Shown here piece after piece: positions 36,638 through 46,962 of a DNA stretch of 64,000 nt. The stretch lies in NCBI GenBank assembly GCA_043814605.1, contig JBDRJV010000017.1, positions 5,445-69,444 on the forward strand, read 5' to 3'. The notes under the pieces are model-generated. The model did not search any database. It worked only from the letters and a program-made list of their open reading frames with translations, and was not told the origin of the DNA. The DNA is from Candidatus Omnitrophota bacterium (lineage in GTDB: Bacteria > Omnitrophota > Gorgyraeia > B26-G9). Numbering within the stretch: the first letter of the stretch is position 1; the number at the start of each line of letters is the position of its first letter. A program made the translations under genes and the position numbers.

Positions 36638-38176
36638 ATGAAGGAACGCATTATCATCATTGACTTTGGATCTCAGTACAGTCAGCTAATTGCCCGACGC
36701 ATTCGAGAATATAATGTTTTTTGTGAAATTTATACCCCGCAGATTACCGCGAAAAAAATAAAAAAACTCAACCCTAAAGGCATAGTTTTTTCCGGGGGGC
36801 CATCTAGCTTAACGGAAAAAAATGCGCCGCATTGTGATAAAAACATTTTGACCTTGAACATTCCGATCTTAGGCATCTGCTATGGGATGCAGCTTTTAGC
36901 TTATTATTATAATGGGAAAGTCGGAAAGTCTTCCGCGCGGGAATATGGCAAAACAGAATTGTTTATTGATGACCCGCGAGATTTATATGCCAATATGGGC
37001 AAGGAAATCATAACCTGGATGTCCCATGAAGATAAAATTACAAAACTTCCCTTAGGATTTATCCGCTTAGCGCACACGAAGAATTCACGTATCGCGAGTT
37101 TTGCGAACCGAAAGTTAAAAATTTACGGAGTGCAATTTCATCCAGAAGTTATTCATACTCCGCGGGGTAAAGAAATAATTAAAAATTTCCTGTTTAAAAT
37201 TTGCCACTGCCAGGGTCTTTGGACAATGAAATCTTTTATCCATGATTCAATAAAGGAAATTAGAGAAAAAGTCGGTACTGATTCTGTCGTCTTAGGATTG
37301 AGCGGAGGAGTTGATTCTTCTGTGACTGCAGTTTTATTGCATAAAGCATTAGGAAAAAGACTCCATTGTATTTTTGTCAATAATGGATTACTGCGTACGG
37401 GAGAAGCCGAACAAGTACAGGACACATTCCGTAAGCATTATCATATGAATTTTCATTATGTAAATTCAGAAAAACTGTTTTTAAAAAAATTAGACAAAGT
37501 TACCGCTCCTGAAAAAAAGCGGAAGATTATTGGTAAATTGTTTATCCAAGTTTTTGATGAGGAGGCACGAAAATTAAAAAACATAAAGTGTTTAGCCCAG
37601 GGCACATTATATCCCGATGTTATTGAAAGTCAGTCTGCTTTCGGGGGGCCATCCGCTGTAATTAAAAGCCACCATAATGTAGGAGGGTTACCGAAAAAAA
37701 TGAATTTAAAACTGGTAGAACCCTTGCGTTTTCTATTTAAGGACGAAGTTAGGATGCTGGGAAAGGAATTAAAAGTTCCGCTTGAATTTATCCAAAGACA
37801 TCCTTTTCCTGGTCCGGGATTAGCTATCCGAATTTTAGGCAGCATAACAAAAAAACGGTTAGATATTTTAAGAGCAGCAGATTTACGTTTTATCGAAGAA
37901 ATCAAAAAAGCCGGACTTTATAACCAAATATGGCAAGCTCTGGCTGTGTTATTACCCATAAAAAGCGTAGGCGTAATGGGTGATGAGAGAACTTATGAAA
38001 ATACAATAGCATTAAGGGCTGTTACCAGTGTTGATGGGATGACTGCTGATTGGGCTAAATTACCTATAGAACTTTTAGAAAAAGTTTCTAACCGTATCAT
38101 TAATGAAGTAAAAGGAGTCAATCGGGTGGTTTATGATATTAGCAGTAAACCTCCGGCAACCATAGAATGGGAATAA
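36638..38176 (+). CDS. guaA: GMP synthase (glutamine-hydrolysing)
   Basis: GATase class I (ICYGMQLL, catalytic triad context) + ATP-PPase SGGVDSSV + C-terminal dimerisation domain. Confidence 0.95.
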   Translation: MKERIIIIDFGSQYSQLIARRIREYNVFCEIYTPQITAKKIKKLNPKGIVFSGGPSSLTEKNAPHCDKNILTLNIPILGICYGMQLLAYYYNGKVGKSSAREYGKTELFIDDPRDLYANMGKEIITWMSHEDKITKLPLGFIRLAHTKNSRIASFANRKLKIYGVQFHPEVIHTPRGKEIIKNFLFKICHCQGLWTMKSFIHDSIKEIREKVGTDSVVLGLSGGVDSSVTAVLLHKALGKRLHCIFVNNGLLRTGEAEQVQDTFRKHYHMNFHYVNSEKLFLKKLDKVTAPEKKRKIIGKLFIQVFDEEARKLKNIKCLAQGTLYPDVIESQSAFGGPSAVIKSHHNVGGLPKKMNLKLVEPLRFLFKDEVRMLGKELKVPLEFIQRHPFPGPGLAIRILGSITKKRLDILRAADLRFIEEIKKAGLYNQIWQALAVLLPIKSVGVMGDERTYENTIALRAVTSVDGMTADWAKLPIELLEKVSNRIINEVKGVNRVVYDISSKPPATIEWE

Positions 38177-38177
38177 T

Positions 38178-41100
38178 ATGCAACATACAGATTTCGTGCA
38201 TTTGCATGTGCATAGTCAATATAGTTTATTAGACGGAGCCTGCTTAGTTCCCAAGCTTGTGGAACTAGCTATGGCACTCCATATGCCCGCCCTAGCGATA
38301 ACTGACCATGGTAATATTTTCGGTGCAATTGAGTTTTATAACGAAGCTATGGAAAAAGGGATAAAACCAATTATTGGTTGTGAAACATATCTGGCTCAAT
38401 CCACAAGATTAAATAAATCGTCCGATGGAATACGTGAACAAAATTTTCATTTAACCTTACTCGTTAAAGATGAACTCGGTTACAAAAACTTAATCCGTTT
38501 GGTTTCGATTGCTTATCAAGAAGGATTTTATTATAAACCACGTATTGATAAAGAAGTATTAAGAAAATTTTCTAAAGGGCTAATTGGTTTAAGCGGTTGT
38601 TTAAAAGGTCAAATCCCAGTCTTATTTTTACAAGGCCAAGAAAAAGAAGCTTATCAGACGGTTGCCGAATACCAGGAAATTTTTGACAGAGATAGTTTTT
38701 ATTTAGAATTAATGGACCATGGTATTCCTGAACAAAAACATGTTAATAAAAAACTGATTAAAATGAGCCAAGATTTAGGCGTGCCTCTGGTGGCAACCAA
38801 TGATGTTCATTATCTAAAGAAAGAGATGGCGCATGCCCATGAAGTTTTGCTTTGCTTGCAAACACAAACTTCATTAGCGGATACAAAACGAATGAAAATG
38901 AGCACAAACGAATTTTATTTTAAAAGCGGCGAAGAAATGAAAGCTATTTTCAAAGAAATTCCGCAGGCTATTAGTAATACTTTAAAAATAACAGAAATGT
39001 GTAGTTTGGAACTTAATTTTGAACAAACTCATATTCCAAATTATAATTTACCCCCCGGCGTTACTCCGGTTGAGGTGTTAAAAAAAATGTGCCGGGAAAA
39101 AATTTCTTTGAAATGTCCGGAAAATGAAGCACAGGCAAGCGAACGATTAGAGCACGAATTAGAAGTAATTAAGAACTCTGGATTTGCCAGCTATTTTTTG
39201 ATCGTATCAGATTTTGTCCGCTTTGCTAAAGACAACAAAATTCCCGTCGGACCAGGGCGAGGATCAGCCGCAGGAAGTATTATTTCTTATTTACTGGACA
39301 TTACCGAAATTGACCCCTTGAAGTATGATTTACTTTTTGAGCGTTTTTTAAATCCGGAACGTGTAAGTTTTCCGGATATTGATATTGATTTTTGTTACGA
39401 GCGCCGCGATGAAGTAATCAAATATGTCACTGAGAAATATGGGCAAGATAATGTTGCACAGATTATTACTTTCGGCACTATGGCCGCAAAGGGTGTATTA
39501 CGTGATGTCGGACGAGTAATTGGAATGCCTTATGCTGATGTTGATAAGATTGCTAAGCTTGTCCCGGTTGATCCTAATATTACCTTGCATCAGGCGGTCA
39601 ATATAGAAACAGAATTAAAAAATTTATATGATTCTGATCCAATAATAAAAGAATTAATTAATACTGCATATGTTCTGGAAGGATTAACACGGCATGCTTC
39701 AACCCATGCAGCGGGAGTTGTGATTAGCGATAAACCACTTTATGAACATATACCTTTATTCCGTTCTTCTGAGGGACAAACTACTACCGGCTACACCATG
39801 AAATCATTAGAAAAAATCGGATTACTTAAAATGGACTTTCTGGGACTAAAAACTTTAACGATAATTTCAGAAACAACAAAGATTATCAAACGCACTAAAG
39901 GAATAGACTTAAATATAAGTAAAATTGATTTAAAAGATCAAAAAACATTTGAATTGTTTTCCAAAGCAAAAACTCAAGGAGTGTTTCAGCTGGAAAGTTC
40001 AGGCATGCGAGAACTTTTAAAGAAATTGAAACCCGATAAATTTGAAGATATTATTGCATTACTCGCTTTGTACCGACCTGGCCCTTTAGGCAGCGGGATG
40101 GTCGATGATTTCATCAAAAGAAAGCGTGATGTGGAAAAAGTAAGATATGATCATCCTAAACTTGAACCTATTTTAAAAGATACTTATGGGATTATTCTTT
40201 ATCAGGAGCAAGTTATGCGTATCAGTAATGTTTTAGCCGGATTTAGTTTGGCCCAAGCAGACCTTTTACGCAGAGCTATGGGGAAAAAGATTCCGGAAGT
40301 TATTGAAAATCTTAAAAAAACATTTGTGGATGGGGCATTAAAACTGGGCGTTAACCGAAAAATAGCGGAAAAAGTTTTCGGGCTAATTGAATACTTTGCC
40401 GGTTATGGATTTAATAAAAGCCATTCCACTGCCTATGCTTTAATTTCTTATCAAACCGCATTTTTAAAAGCTAATTACCCGGTTGAATTCATGGCGGCAT
40501 TATTAACCTGCGAAAAAGATAATACGGATAAAATAGCCCGTTACATTAATGAATGTAAAAATATGAAAATTAAAATTTTACCTCCTGATATTAATGAAAG
40601 TTTTTCTCAGTTTACTGTGGTCGGAACCAATGCCATACGCTTCGGGCTATCTGCGGTAAAAAATGTCGGGAAGGGCGCGGTTGATTTAATCATTCAGGCG
40701 CGTAAATTACATGGTGCATTTAACTCTCTTTTTAATTTTTGTGAAATAGTTGATCCGAAAGCTGCAAATAAAAAAGTTATTGAGAGCCTGATTAAATGCG
40801 GTGCTTTTGACAGTTTCGGCTGTAAACGGGCACAACTTATACAGGGAGCGGAAAAAATCATGAATTTAGCCTCGCAAAGACAAAAAGACCGTCAAAGCGG
40901 GCAGCTTCTATTATTTAATCAAACAGAGCAAAAAAATAACTCAGAAGAAATTTTACCGGCAGTAAATGAATGGCCAATGCATGAATTGCTTTCCTATGAA
41001 AAAGCAATGCTGGGTTTTTATATTACCGCACATCCTTTAGATCAGTATAAAAAAATAATACGCCGTTATTCTATTTTAACGGTTGCGGATTTATTTAAAA

Positions 41101-41618
41101 AAAGCAATTTTCCGGAAGAAATAAATATTGCAGGAATTTTAGAAAAAATTAAAATTACAATTACAAAAAGAAAAGCAGAAAAAATGGCAATTTTAAGAAT
41201 CCAGGATTCTGAAAGTTCGATAGAAGTTTTAGTCTTCCCCGAAACATTTAAAACCACATTTATGCATTTAATTCCGGATGCAGTTTTGATGATAAAAGGT
41301 AAAATAGATTATAAAGAAGATTTACCAAAAATCATCGCTTCAAATATTAATCCTTTACAAAATGCCTCAAATGTATTAATAAATAATATAAGTCTAAATA
41401 TATCGGCAATTGATTTAAAAAGTAAAATATTCAGCAAATTAAAAAATATTATTCTGGCACATCCGGGAAAAACACCGGTACATTTATCTATGGCAAATAA
41501 AAAGGGGCATAAGGTAAAAATTCAAGCTGATGCATCGGTTGATGTTAATAATATATTAATTTCACAATTAGAGGAAATCTTAGGAAAAGAAGATATTTTA
41601 ATAAATTTGAAAGAATAG
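38178..41618 (+). CDS. dnaE: DNA polymerase III alpha subunit
   Basis: PHP domain HLHVHSQYSLLDGA, polymerase core, C-terminal OB-fold. 1146 aa. Confidence 0.95.
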   Translation: MQHTDFVHLHVHSQYSLLDGACLVPKLVELAMALHMPALAITDHGNIFGAIEFYNEAMEKGIKPIIGCETYLAQSTRLNKSSDGIREQNFHLTLLVKDELGYKNLIRLVSIAYQEGFYYKPRIDKEVLRKFSKGLIGLSGCLKGQIPVLFLQGQEKEAYQTVAEYQEIFDRDSFYLELMDHGIPEQKHVNKKLIKMSQDLGVPLVATNDVHYLKKEMAHAHEVLLCLQTQTSLADTKRMKMSTNEFYFKSGEEMKAIFKEIPQAISNTLKITEMCSLELNFEQTHIPNYNLPPGVTPVEVLKKMCREKISLKCPENEAQASERLEHELEVIKNSGFASYFLIVSDFVRFAKDNKIPVGPGRGSAAGSIISYLLDITEIDPLKYDLLFERFLNPERVSFPDIDIDFCYERRDEVIKYVTEKYGQDNVAQIITFGTMAAKGVLRDVGRVIGMPYADVDKIAKLVPVDPNITLHQAVNIETELKNLYDSDPIIKELINTAYVLEGLTRHASTHAAGVVISDKPLYEHIPLFRSSEGQTTTGYTMKSLEKIGLLKMDFLGLKTLTIISETTKIIKRTKGIDLNISKIDLKDQKTFELFSKAKTQGVFQLESSGMRELLKKLKPDKFEDIIALLALYRPGPLGSGMVDDFIKRKRDVEKVRYDHPKLEPILKDTYGIILYQEQVMRISNVLAGFSLAQADLLRRAMGKKIPEVIENLKKTFVDGALKLGVNRKIAEKVFGLIEYFAGYGFNKSHSTAYALISYQTAFLKANYPVEFMAALLTCEKDNTDKIARYINECKNMKIKILPPDINESFSQFTVVGTNAIRFGLSAVKNVGKGAVDLIIQARKLHGAFNSLFNFCEIVDPKAANKKVIESLIKCGAFDSFGCKRAQLIQGAEKIMNLASQRQKDRQSGQLLLFNQTEQKNNSEEILPAVNEWPMHELLSYEKAMLGFYITAHPLDQYKKIIRRYSILTVADLFKKSNFPEEINIAGILEKIKITITKRKAEKMAILRIQDSESSIEVLVFPETFKTTFMHLIPDAVLMIKGKIDYKEDLPKIIASNINPLQNASNVLINNISLNISAIDLKSKIFSKLKNIILAHPGKTPVHLSMANKKGHKVKIQADASVDVNNILISQLEEILGKEDILINLKE

Positions 41619-41633
41619 AAAAGTGAGGTAATA

Positions 41634-43031
41634 ATGGCTAAGGATTCAATGGATTTTTATGCAGAGATGAGAGCGAATACACGTATCCGGTCCCGCATTA
41701 AAGTTATGATTAAAATAATTAATGAAGACGGGTCTTTGTCTGTAGCCAAAGAAACCACGGCGCGCGATATCAGTGTGCAGGGGATGTATTTTTTATTCCC
41801 AGAACCTTTAGCTTTCAATAAAAAAGTAAATGTTACTTTCCGACTGCCTAAATTAACTAATCCCGTTGAAATTATCGGCCGCGTTATTCGTATTGAAGAA
41901 GGAGAAAATAATAAATTTGGCGTGGGAATTATTTTTGATGAAATAAAAAATGATAATCAAGAAACAATTTTCCGACAAATTGAATCAATGGATATTTTAA
42001 GATTATTGCAAATTACCGCGCAAAAAAAAGCTTCTGATCTGCATTTAACCTATAATCGTCCTCCGATTCTTAGGTTGCATGGCAGATTGCACCCGTTAGA
42101 AATGGATCCTTTAAATACAGTTGAATTAAAAAATATGATTTATAGTATTTTAGATGATGAGCAAATAGCACGATTTGAAAAGTTTAAAGAATTAGATTTT
42201 GCTTTTTCCCCTAATCCCGATTTAAGGTTTCGGGCAAATATTCATGTTCAAAGAGGTAATGTTGAGGGTACTTTCCGGGTTATTATGCCTGATTTGAAAA
42301 CTACTCAGGAATTAGGACTGCCGAGTGTTGTTGAAAAACTCGCCTTGCTGAAAAAAGGAATTGTCGTTATTGCCGGACCTACCGGTTCAGGCAAAACAAC
42401 AACCTTGGCGGCAATGGTTGATATTATCAATCGCAGAAAAGAATCTGTAATTATTTGTCTTGAAGATCCTATTGAATATATCCACACAAATCTCAATTCA
42501 ATAATTAAACAAAGGGAAATAGGCACAGATACTTTATCTTTTTCTGTTGCATTAAAAAGAACATTACGCCAGGATCCAGATGTAATTCTTGTGGGGGAAT
42601 TATTAGATAATGAAACCGTAAGAACTGTTATCACAGCTGCAGAAACCGGACACCTAGTTTTAACATCTTTACATGCTCCAGATACAGTACAAGCGATTGA
42701 CCGTTTAATCAGTATTTTCCCACCGCAACAACGGCATCAGGCTTGTATACAGCTGGGCAATGTTCTGCAAGGCATTGTTACACAAGCACTTATACCAAAA
42801 AAAGACCGGGAGACAAGGGTTGTAGCAACAGAAGTTATGATTATGACTGATGCTATCCGAAATCATATTCGTGAGGGGCAAACTATTCAAATCCCTTCAT
42901 CAATACAAACAGGAGCTCGTTATGGAATGCATACTATGACCGAAAGTTTTAAGCGTCTGTATAATGCTAATATTATTTCTAAGGAAACAGCTATTGATTA
43001 CTGTCCGGAATTAGCGCAAATTTTAACTTGA
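41634..43031 (+). CDS. PilZ-domain-fused PilT-like type IV pilus retraction ATPase
   Basis: N-terminal ~110 aa with PilZ-like RxxxR…D-x-S-x-x-G motif (RIRSRIKV … ARDISVQGMYF). Then PilT core with Walker A GPTGSGKTTT, Walker B ILVGELLD, His/Asp boxes. Confidence 0.8.
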   Translation: MAKDSMDFYAEMRANTRIRSRIKVMIKIINEDGSLSVAKETTARDISVQGMYFLFPEPLAFNKKVNVTFRLPKLTNPVEIIGRVIRIEEGENNKFGVGIIFDEIKNDNQETIFRQIESMDILRLLQITAQKKASDLHLTYNRPPILRLHGRLHPLEMDPLNTVELKNMIYSILDDEQIARFEKFKELDFAFSPNPDLRFRANIHVQRGNVEGTFRVIMPDLKTTQELGLPSVVEKLALLKKGIVVIAGPTGSGKTTTLAAMVDIINRRKESVIICLEDPIEYIHTNLNSIIKQREIGTDTLSFSVALKRTLRQDPDVILVGELLDNETVRTVITAAETGHLVLTSLHAPDTVQAIDRLISIFPPQQRHQACIQLGNVLQGIVTQALIPKKDRETRVVATEVMIMTDAIRNHIREGQTIQIPSSIQTGARYGMHTMTESFKRLYNANIISKETAIDYCPELAQILT

Positions 43032-43067
43032 CATAATTTTTAGCTTGTGTTAAACTTTTAACCGTAG

Positions 43068-43580
43068 TTGTTGTTAACAAGAAGGATACGAAAAATGATA
43101 GACAAAACAATTGAAAGCAGGATAAAACAATTAAGTGAATTTGTAGAATTATGGGCAGAGTTTTATGAATTATATAAACGTGCTACTAATCAACAAACAT
43201 TCTCTGAAGAAGAAGAAAAAAATTTTTTAGAATTAAAAAGTAGTTTAGCGAGGAAATACCAAGGTCTTATGGATTCTCTAGGCATAAAGCCAACTGCCGA
43301 AGACCGAACCTTTGATGTTATTTCACAAGTTATGAGTCTTAAAAGCATCATTTCATTATCTCCATTACAAATGGAAAAAATGGAAAACGATTGGCATAAT
43401 TCTTACATAACTTTAAATAAAATAATGGGTTCCTTAGAAAACAGAAAAAATGAATTAGCAAAAATTAATGTATTTTCATTATTTATAAAAAGATTGTTTA
43501 CAAATCCTTTTTTTGCGTTAATACTCATAATTATTGTGATTTCTTTTATTTACTATATTGTAATAAATATTTTTGCCTAA
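43068..43580 (+). CDS. Hypothetical protein with C-terminal TM helix
   Basis: ORF only. Coiled-coil-like N-terminal part. Confidence 0.45.
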   Translation: MLLTRRIRKMIDKTIESRIKQLSEFVELWAEFYELYKRATNQQTFSEEEEKNFLELKSSLARKYQGLMDSLGIKPTAEDRTFDVISQVMSLKSIISLSPLQMEKMENDWHNSYITLNKIMGSLENRKNELAKINVFSLFIKRLFTNPFFALILIIIVISFIYYIVINIFA

Positions 43581-43637
43581 ATTAGGTTTTTTATAAAAAT
43601 TTTTTAATGACAAGGACTGAAAGGAGGAGTACTTAAT

Positions 43638-43910
43638 ATGACAAAAAAAGATATTGTACTCAAAATAGCCAGCGAAACAAAAATGAAACAGCAGGATATT
43701 AAGAAAATTGTACAAAAAACATTGGATGCTGTTATTGATAGCCTGGTGAATGGAAAAACTGTAGAATTACGTAATTTTGGGATTTTTAAAGTAAAATCTC
43801 GCAAAGGTAGAACTGGACGTAATCCCAGAACTGGTCAGGTAGTGCCTGTTCCACCAAAAAAAGTAGTAGTTTTTAAGCCCGGCTTAGAAATGAAAAAACT
43901 TGTAAAATAA
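43638..43910 (+). CDS. hup: HU/IHF family DNA-binding protein
   Basis: Signature GRNPRTG in the β-arm. 90 aa. AGGAGG SD. Confidence 0.9.
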   Translation: MTKKDIVLKIASETKMKQQDIKKIVQKTLDAVIDSLVNGKTVELRNFGIFKVKSRKGRTGRNPRTGQVVPVPPKKVVVFKPGLEMKKLVK

Positions 43911-43996
43911 GTGGGTCATAATCTAAAAAAAATAAATTTTTAACTTTAAACCCCAATCATTACGTATTGGGGTTTTATGTTTTGAAAGTAATAAAA

Positions 43997-45259
43997 ATGA
44001 AAATTAAAGCATTAAAAGGTGTTCATGATATTCTTCCCGATCAAATCAATACATGGAATTATGTTTTAAATCAAGCCGCGGAAAAATTCCAGGTTTACGG
44101 CTATCGTCAAATTATTATTCCGATTATTGAAGAAAGTTGTTTGTTTATAAGAGGGATTGGCCAAGAAACAGATATTATCGAAAAAGAAATGTATGCTTTT
44201 GAAGACCGAGGAAAAAGGAAGATAGCTTTACGTCCAGAAGCTACAGCTAGTGTTGTCCGGGCTTATTTGGAACATAACCTGGCCCAGCAGGGATTAGTTA
44301 AGCTATTTTATTCAGGCGCAATGTTCCGCGGCGAAAAACCGCAAGCAGGAAGAAACCGGCAATTTTATCAAATCGGCGTGGAATCCTTAGGATCCTCGAG
44401 TCCTTATCTTGATGCGGAAACCATTACTCTGGCTGTTGATTATCTTACCCAATTAGGGCTTAAAGAATTTAAACTTTTAATTAATACTGTGGGCAGTGTT
44501 CAAGATAAAGAAATTTTTTCGAAAAAATTAAAAAATTATTTTAAGGAAAAAACCGAACAGCTTTGTGCCAATTGTCAAAAACGTTATCATCGTAGTGTGC
44601 TCAGAATCCTCGACTGTAAAAATAAATCCTGCCGTAACTTGATTGAGAAAGCACCCATGATCACGGATTCTCTCTCAGAAAAATCAAAGACAGAATTTCA
44701 ATTAGTTAAAAAATTACTGCTAAATTCCGGTATAAATTTTATTGAATCAAATCATTTAGTGAGAGGATTGGACTACTACACAAAAACGGTATTTGAAATT
44801 ATTCATGATGGATTAGGCGCTCAAAACACAATTTTAGCCGGTGGCCGTTATGATGATTTAGTTGCCGAATTGGGAGGAACTCCTACAGGGGCAATTGGAT
44901 TTGCCGCAGGCATGGAAAGATTAATTTTAGCCATGTCTGCAGAAAATATAAAAATCTCCGCTGTCAAAAAGAAAAGTGTTTATATTATTGGATTAGGCCA
45001 TATTGCTCATGATAAAGCATGGGAAATTGCCCATAATTTAAGACAATTAAATATTGTAACGCACATAAATTTGTCTGAAAAATCTTTAAAATCACTGATG
45101 CGTGAAGCTAATAAAATTAATTGTGATTATGTACTAATTTTAGGAGATGATGAATTAAAAACTAATTCTATTATTATTAAAGATATGGATAAAGGAATAC
45201 AATCTTTAATAGCATTAGATGATTTCGGTAATAAAATTATTAATTTAATTAATGATTAA
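43997..45259 (+). CDS. hisS: Histidine--tRNA ligase (track ORF begins at 43967; ATG 43997 preferred)
   Basis: Class II aaRS motifs (FRGEKPQAGRNRQFYQ, GGRYDDL) and C-terminal anticodon-binding domain. Confidence 0.9.
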   Translation: MKIKALKGVHDILPDQINTWNYVLNQAAEKFQVYGYRQIIIPIIEESCLFIRGIGQETDIIEKEMYAFEDRGKRKIALRPEATASVVRAYLEHNLAQQGLVKLFYSGAMFRGEKPQAGRNRQFYQIGVESLGSSSPYLDAETITLAVDYLTQLGLKEFKLLINTVGSVQDKEIFSKKLKNYFKEKTEQLCANCQKRYHRSVLRILDCKNKSCRNLIEKAPMITDSLSEKSKTEFQLVKKLLLNSGINFIESNHLVRGLDYYTKTVFEIIHDGLGAQNTILAGGRYDDLVAELGGTPTGAIGFAAGMERLILAMSAENIKISAVKKKSVYIIGLGHIAHDKAWEIAHNLRQLNIVTHINLSEKSLKSLMREANKINCDYVLILGDDELKTNSIIIKDMDKGIQSLIALDDFGNKIINLIND

Positions 45260-45289
45260 GTCTGTTTAATTTTACTGATTATAAAAATT

Positions 45290-46443
45290 GTGATAAAAGA
45301 AACTTTTCAATCCACTCAAGATGCTAGTTTAGCACCATATGCAACTTTAAGTAAAAATACTAAAGGCAGAAAATTTCCTGAACCAGAACACGGTTATCGA
45401 GCTATTTTTCAAAGAGACCGGGACAGGATTATTCATTCGCATGCATTCAGGCGTCTGCAATATAAAACTCAAGTTTTTGTCAACCATGAAGGAGACCAAT
45501 ATCGCACTAGACTCACGCATACACTAGAAGTTGTCCAAATTGCCAGAACTATTGCCAGAGCTCTGCATTTAAATGAAGACCTGGTTGAAGCAATTGCTTT
45601 AGCGCATGATATCGGACACACTCCTTTTGGTCATGCCGGGGAAGATGCTTTACGTGAGCTAATGGCAGATCACGGGGGATTCGAACATAATCGGCAAGGA
45701 TTAAGAGTGGTTGATTATTTAGAAGAAAGATATCCTGATTTTAAGGGTTTAAATTTAACCTGGGAAGTGAGAGAAGGGATCATTAAACATGCTTCAACTT
45801 ATGATATTCCCTTAATCACAGAGGAATTTAATGCGAAAAAAAATCCATCTTTAGAGGCTCAGGTTGTAGATATTGCCGATGAAATTGCTTATAATAACCA
45901 TGATTTAGATGATGGCATAAGTAGTGGCTTGATCAAAGAAGGGGATTTAAATAATATTGCTATCTGGACTCAAGCTCAGGAAACTCTGGCCTTAAAAAAT
46001 AAAAAAATTCCGCCAATATAAAAAAATGTCAGATTATCCGTTCGCTTATTAATTTTCAAGTAACTGCTTTGGTAGAAAATTCCTTAAAAAAAATAGTAGA
46101 ACTCGGCATTGATTCTCCGGATAAAACAGCAGCCCAGGATATTAAAATCATTGATTTTCATTCCTCTGAGATAAAGCAAAATATTCAAGAATTAAAAACT
46201 TTTTTGTACAAAAAATTATATAGAAATTATAAAGTTGTCCGAATGTCCAGCAAGGCGCAGAGATTTTTAAAAGAATTATTTAACGTATACCTTAAAAATC
46301 CTGAACAATTACCCAGTGACTATAACCAGAGGATCCAGTCTGAAGGGTTATATCAAGTTATTTGTGATTATATTGCGGGAATGACTGATCGTTATGCTCT
46401 GGATGAATACAAAAAACTATTCCATCCCTGGGAAAAAGTTTAA
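45290..46443 (+). pseudogene. dGTP triphosphohydrolase-like HD-domain gene split by a frameshift (45290..46021 frame 2; 46003..46443 frame 1)
   Basis: N-part carries HD motifs (HSHAFRRL…, [12 protein letters not shown]). C-part carries the family's C-terminal TDRYA motif. Frames switch within A6/A7 homopolymer runs at ~45994..46007. Confidence 0.55.
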
Positions 46444-46561
46444 TTAAATCTTAATCTATTATATTAGCTTGACAACTTAACTAAACAGTTTTATAATAAA
46501 ATAATGTTAATACAAGGTTTTTTAAAGGAATAAAAAAACTTTTAAACAGTGAGGGAAATGT

Positions 46562-46945
46562 ATGGATACTGAAAAAAATGTTGAGGAAAAAAGAAAGTTT
46601 AAAAGAGTTTTCGTCCCAGGGCTAAAAGCCAGTTTTAAGCTTTTAGATCCCCGTACATGGTCAACTTACCACGATAAAAAAATAACTAATGTGGCAAATA
46701 TAAGCCTGGGGGGGCTGGCTTTAAAAACAAACACATTACTTTCGTTACAATCTCCAATTGGATTAGATATAAAAGTTGATTCCGCAGATGATCCCATCAG
46801 GACTTTTGGCCGTGTCGCCTGGATTAAAAAGGAAGCTAATGCAAATGCAGAAGATGACTATACTCTAGGTGTCAGTTTTTCTTGGTGGAAAAAAGAAGAA
46901 GATAAAAAAATAATATTTGATGCAATACAAAAACAAATCGCTTAG
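46562..46945 (+). CDS. Stand-alone PilZ domain protein
   Basis: KRKFKRVFV (RxxxR-like) and NISLGGLAL (D/N-x-S-x-x-G) motifs. Confidence 0.7.
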   Translation: MDTEKNVEEKRKFKRVFVPGLKASFKLLDPRTWSTYHDKKITNVANISLGGLALKTNTLLSLQSPIGLDIKVDSADDPIRTFGRVAWIKKEANANAEDDYTLGVSFSWWKKEEDKKIIFDAIQKQIA

Positions 46946-46962
46946 ATTGAGGCCAGAGTCCG

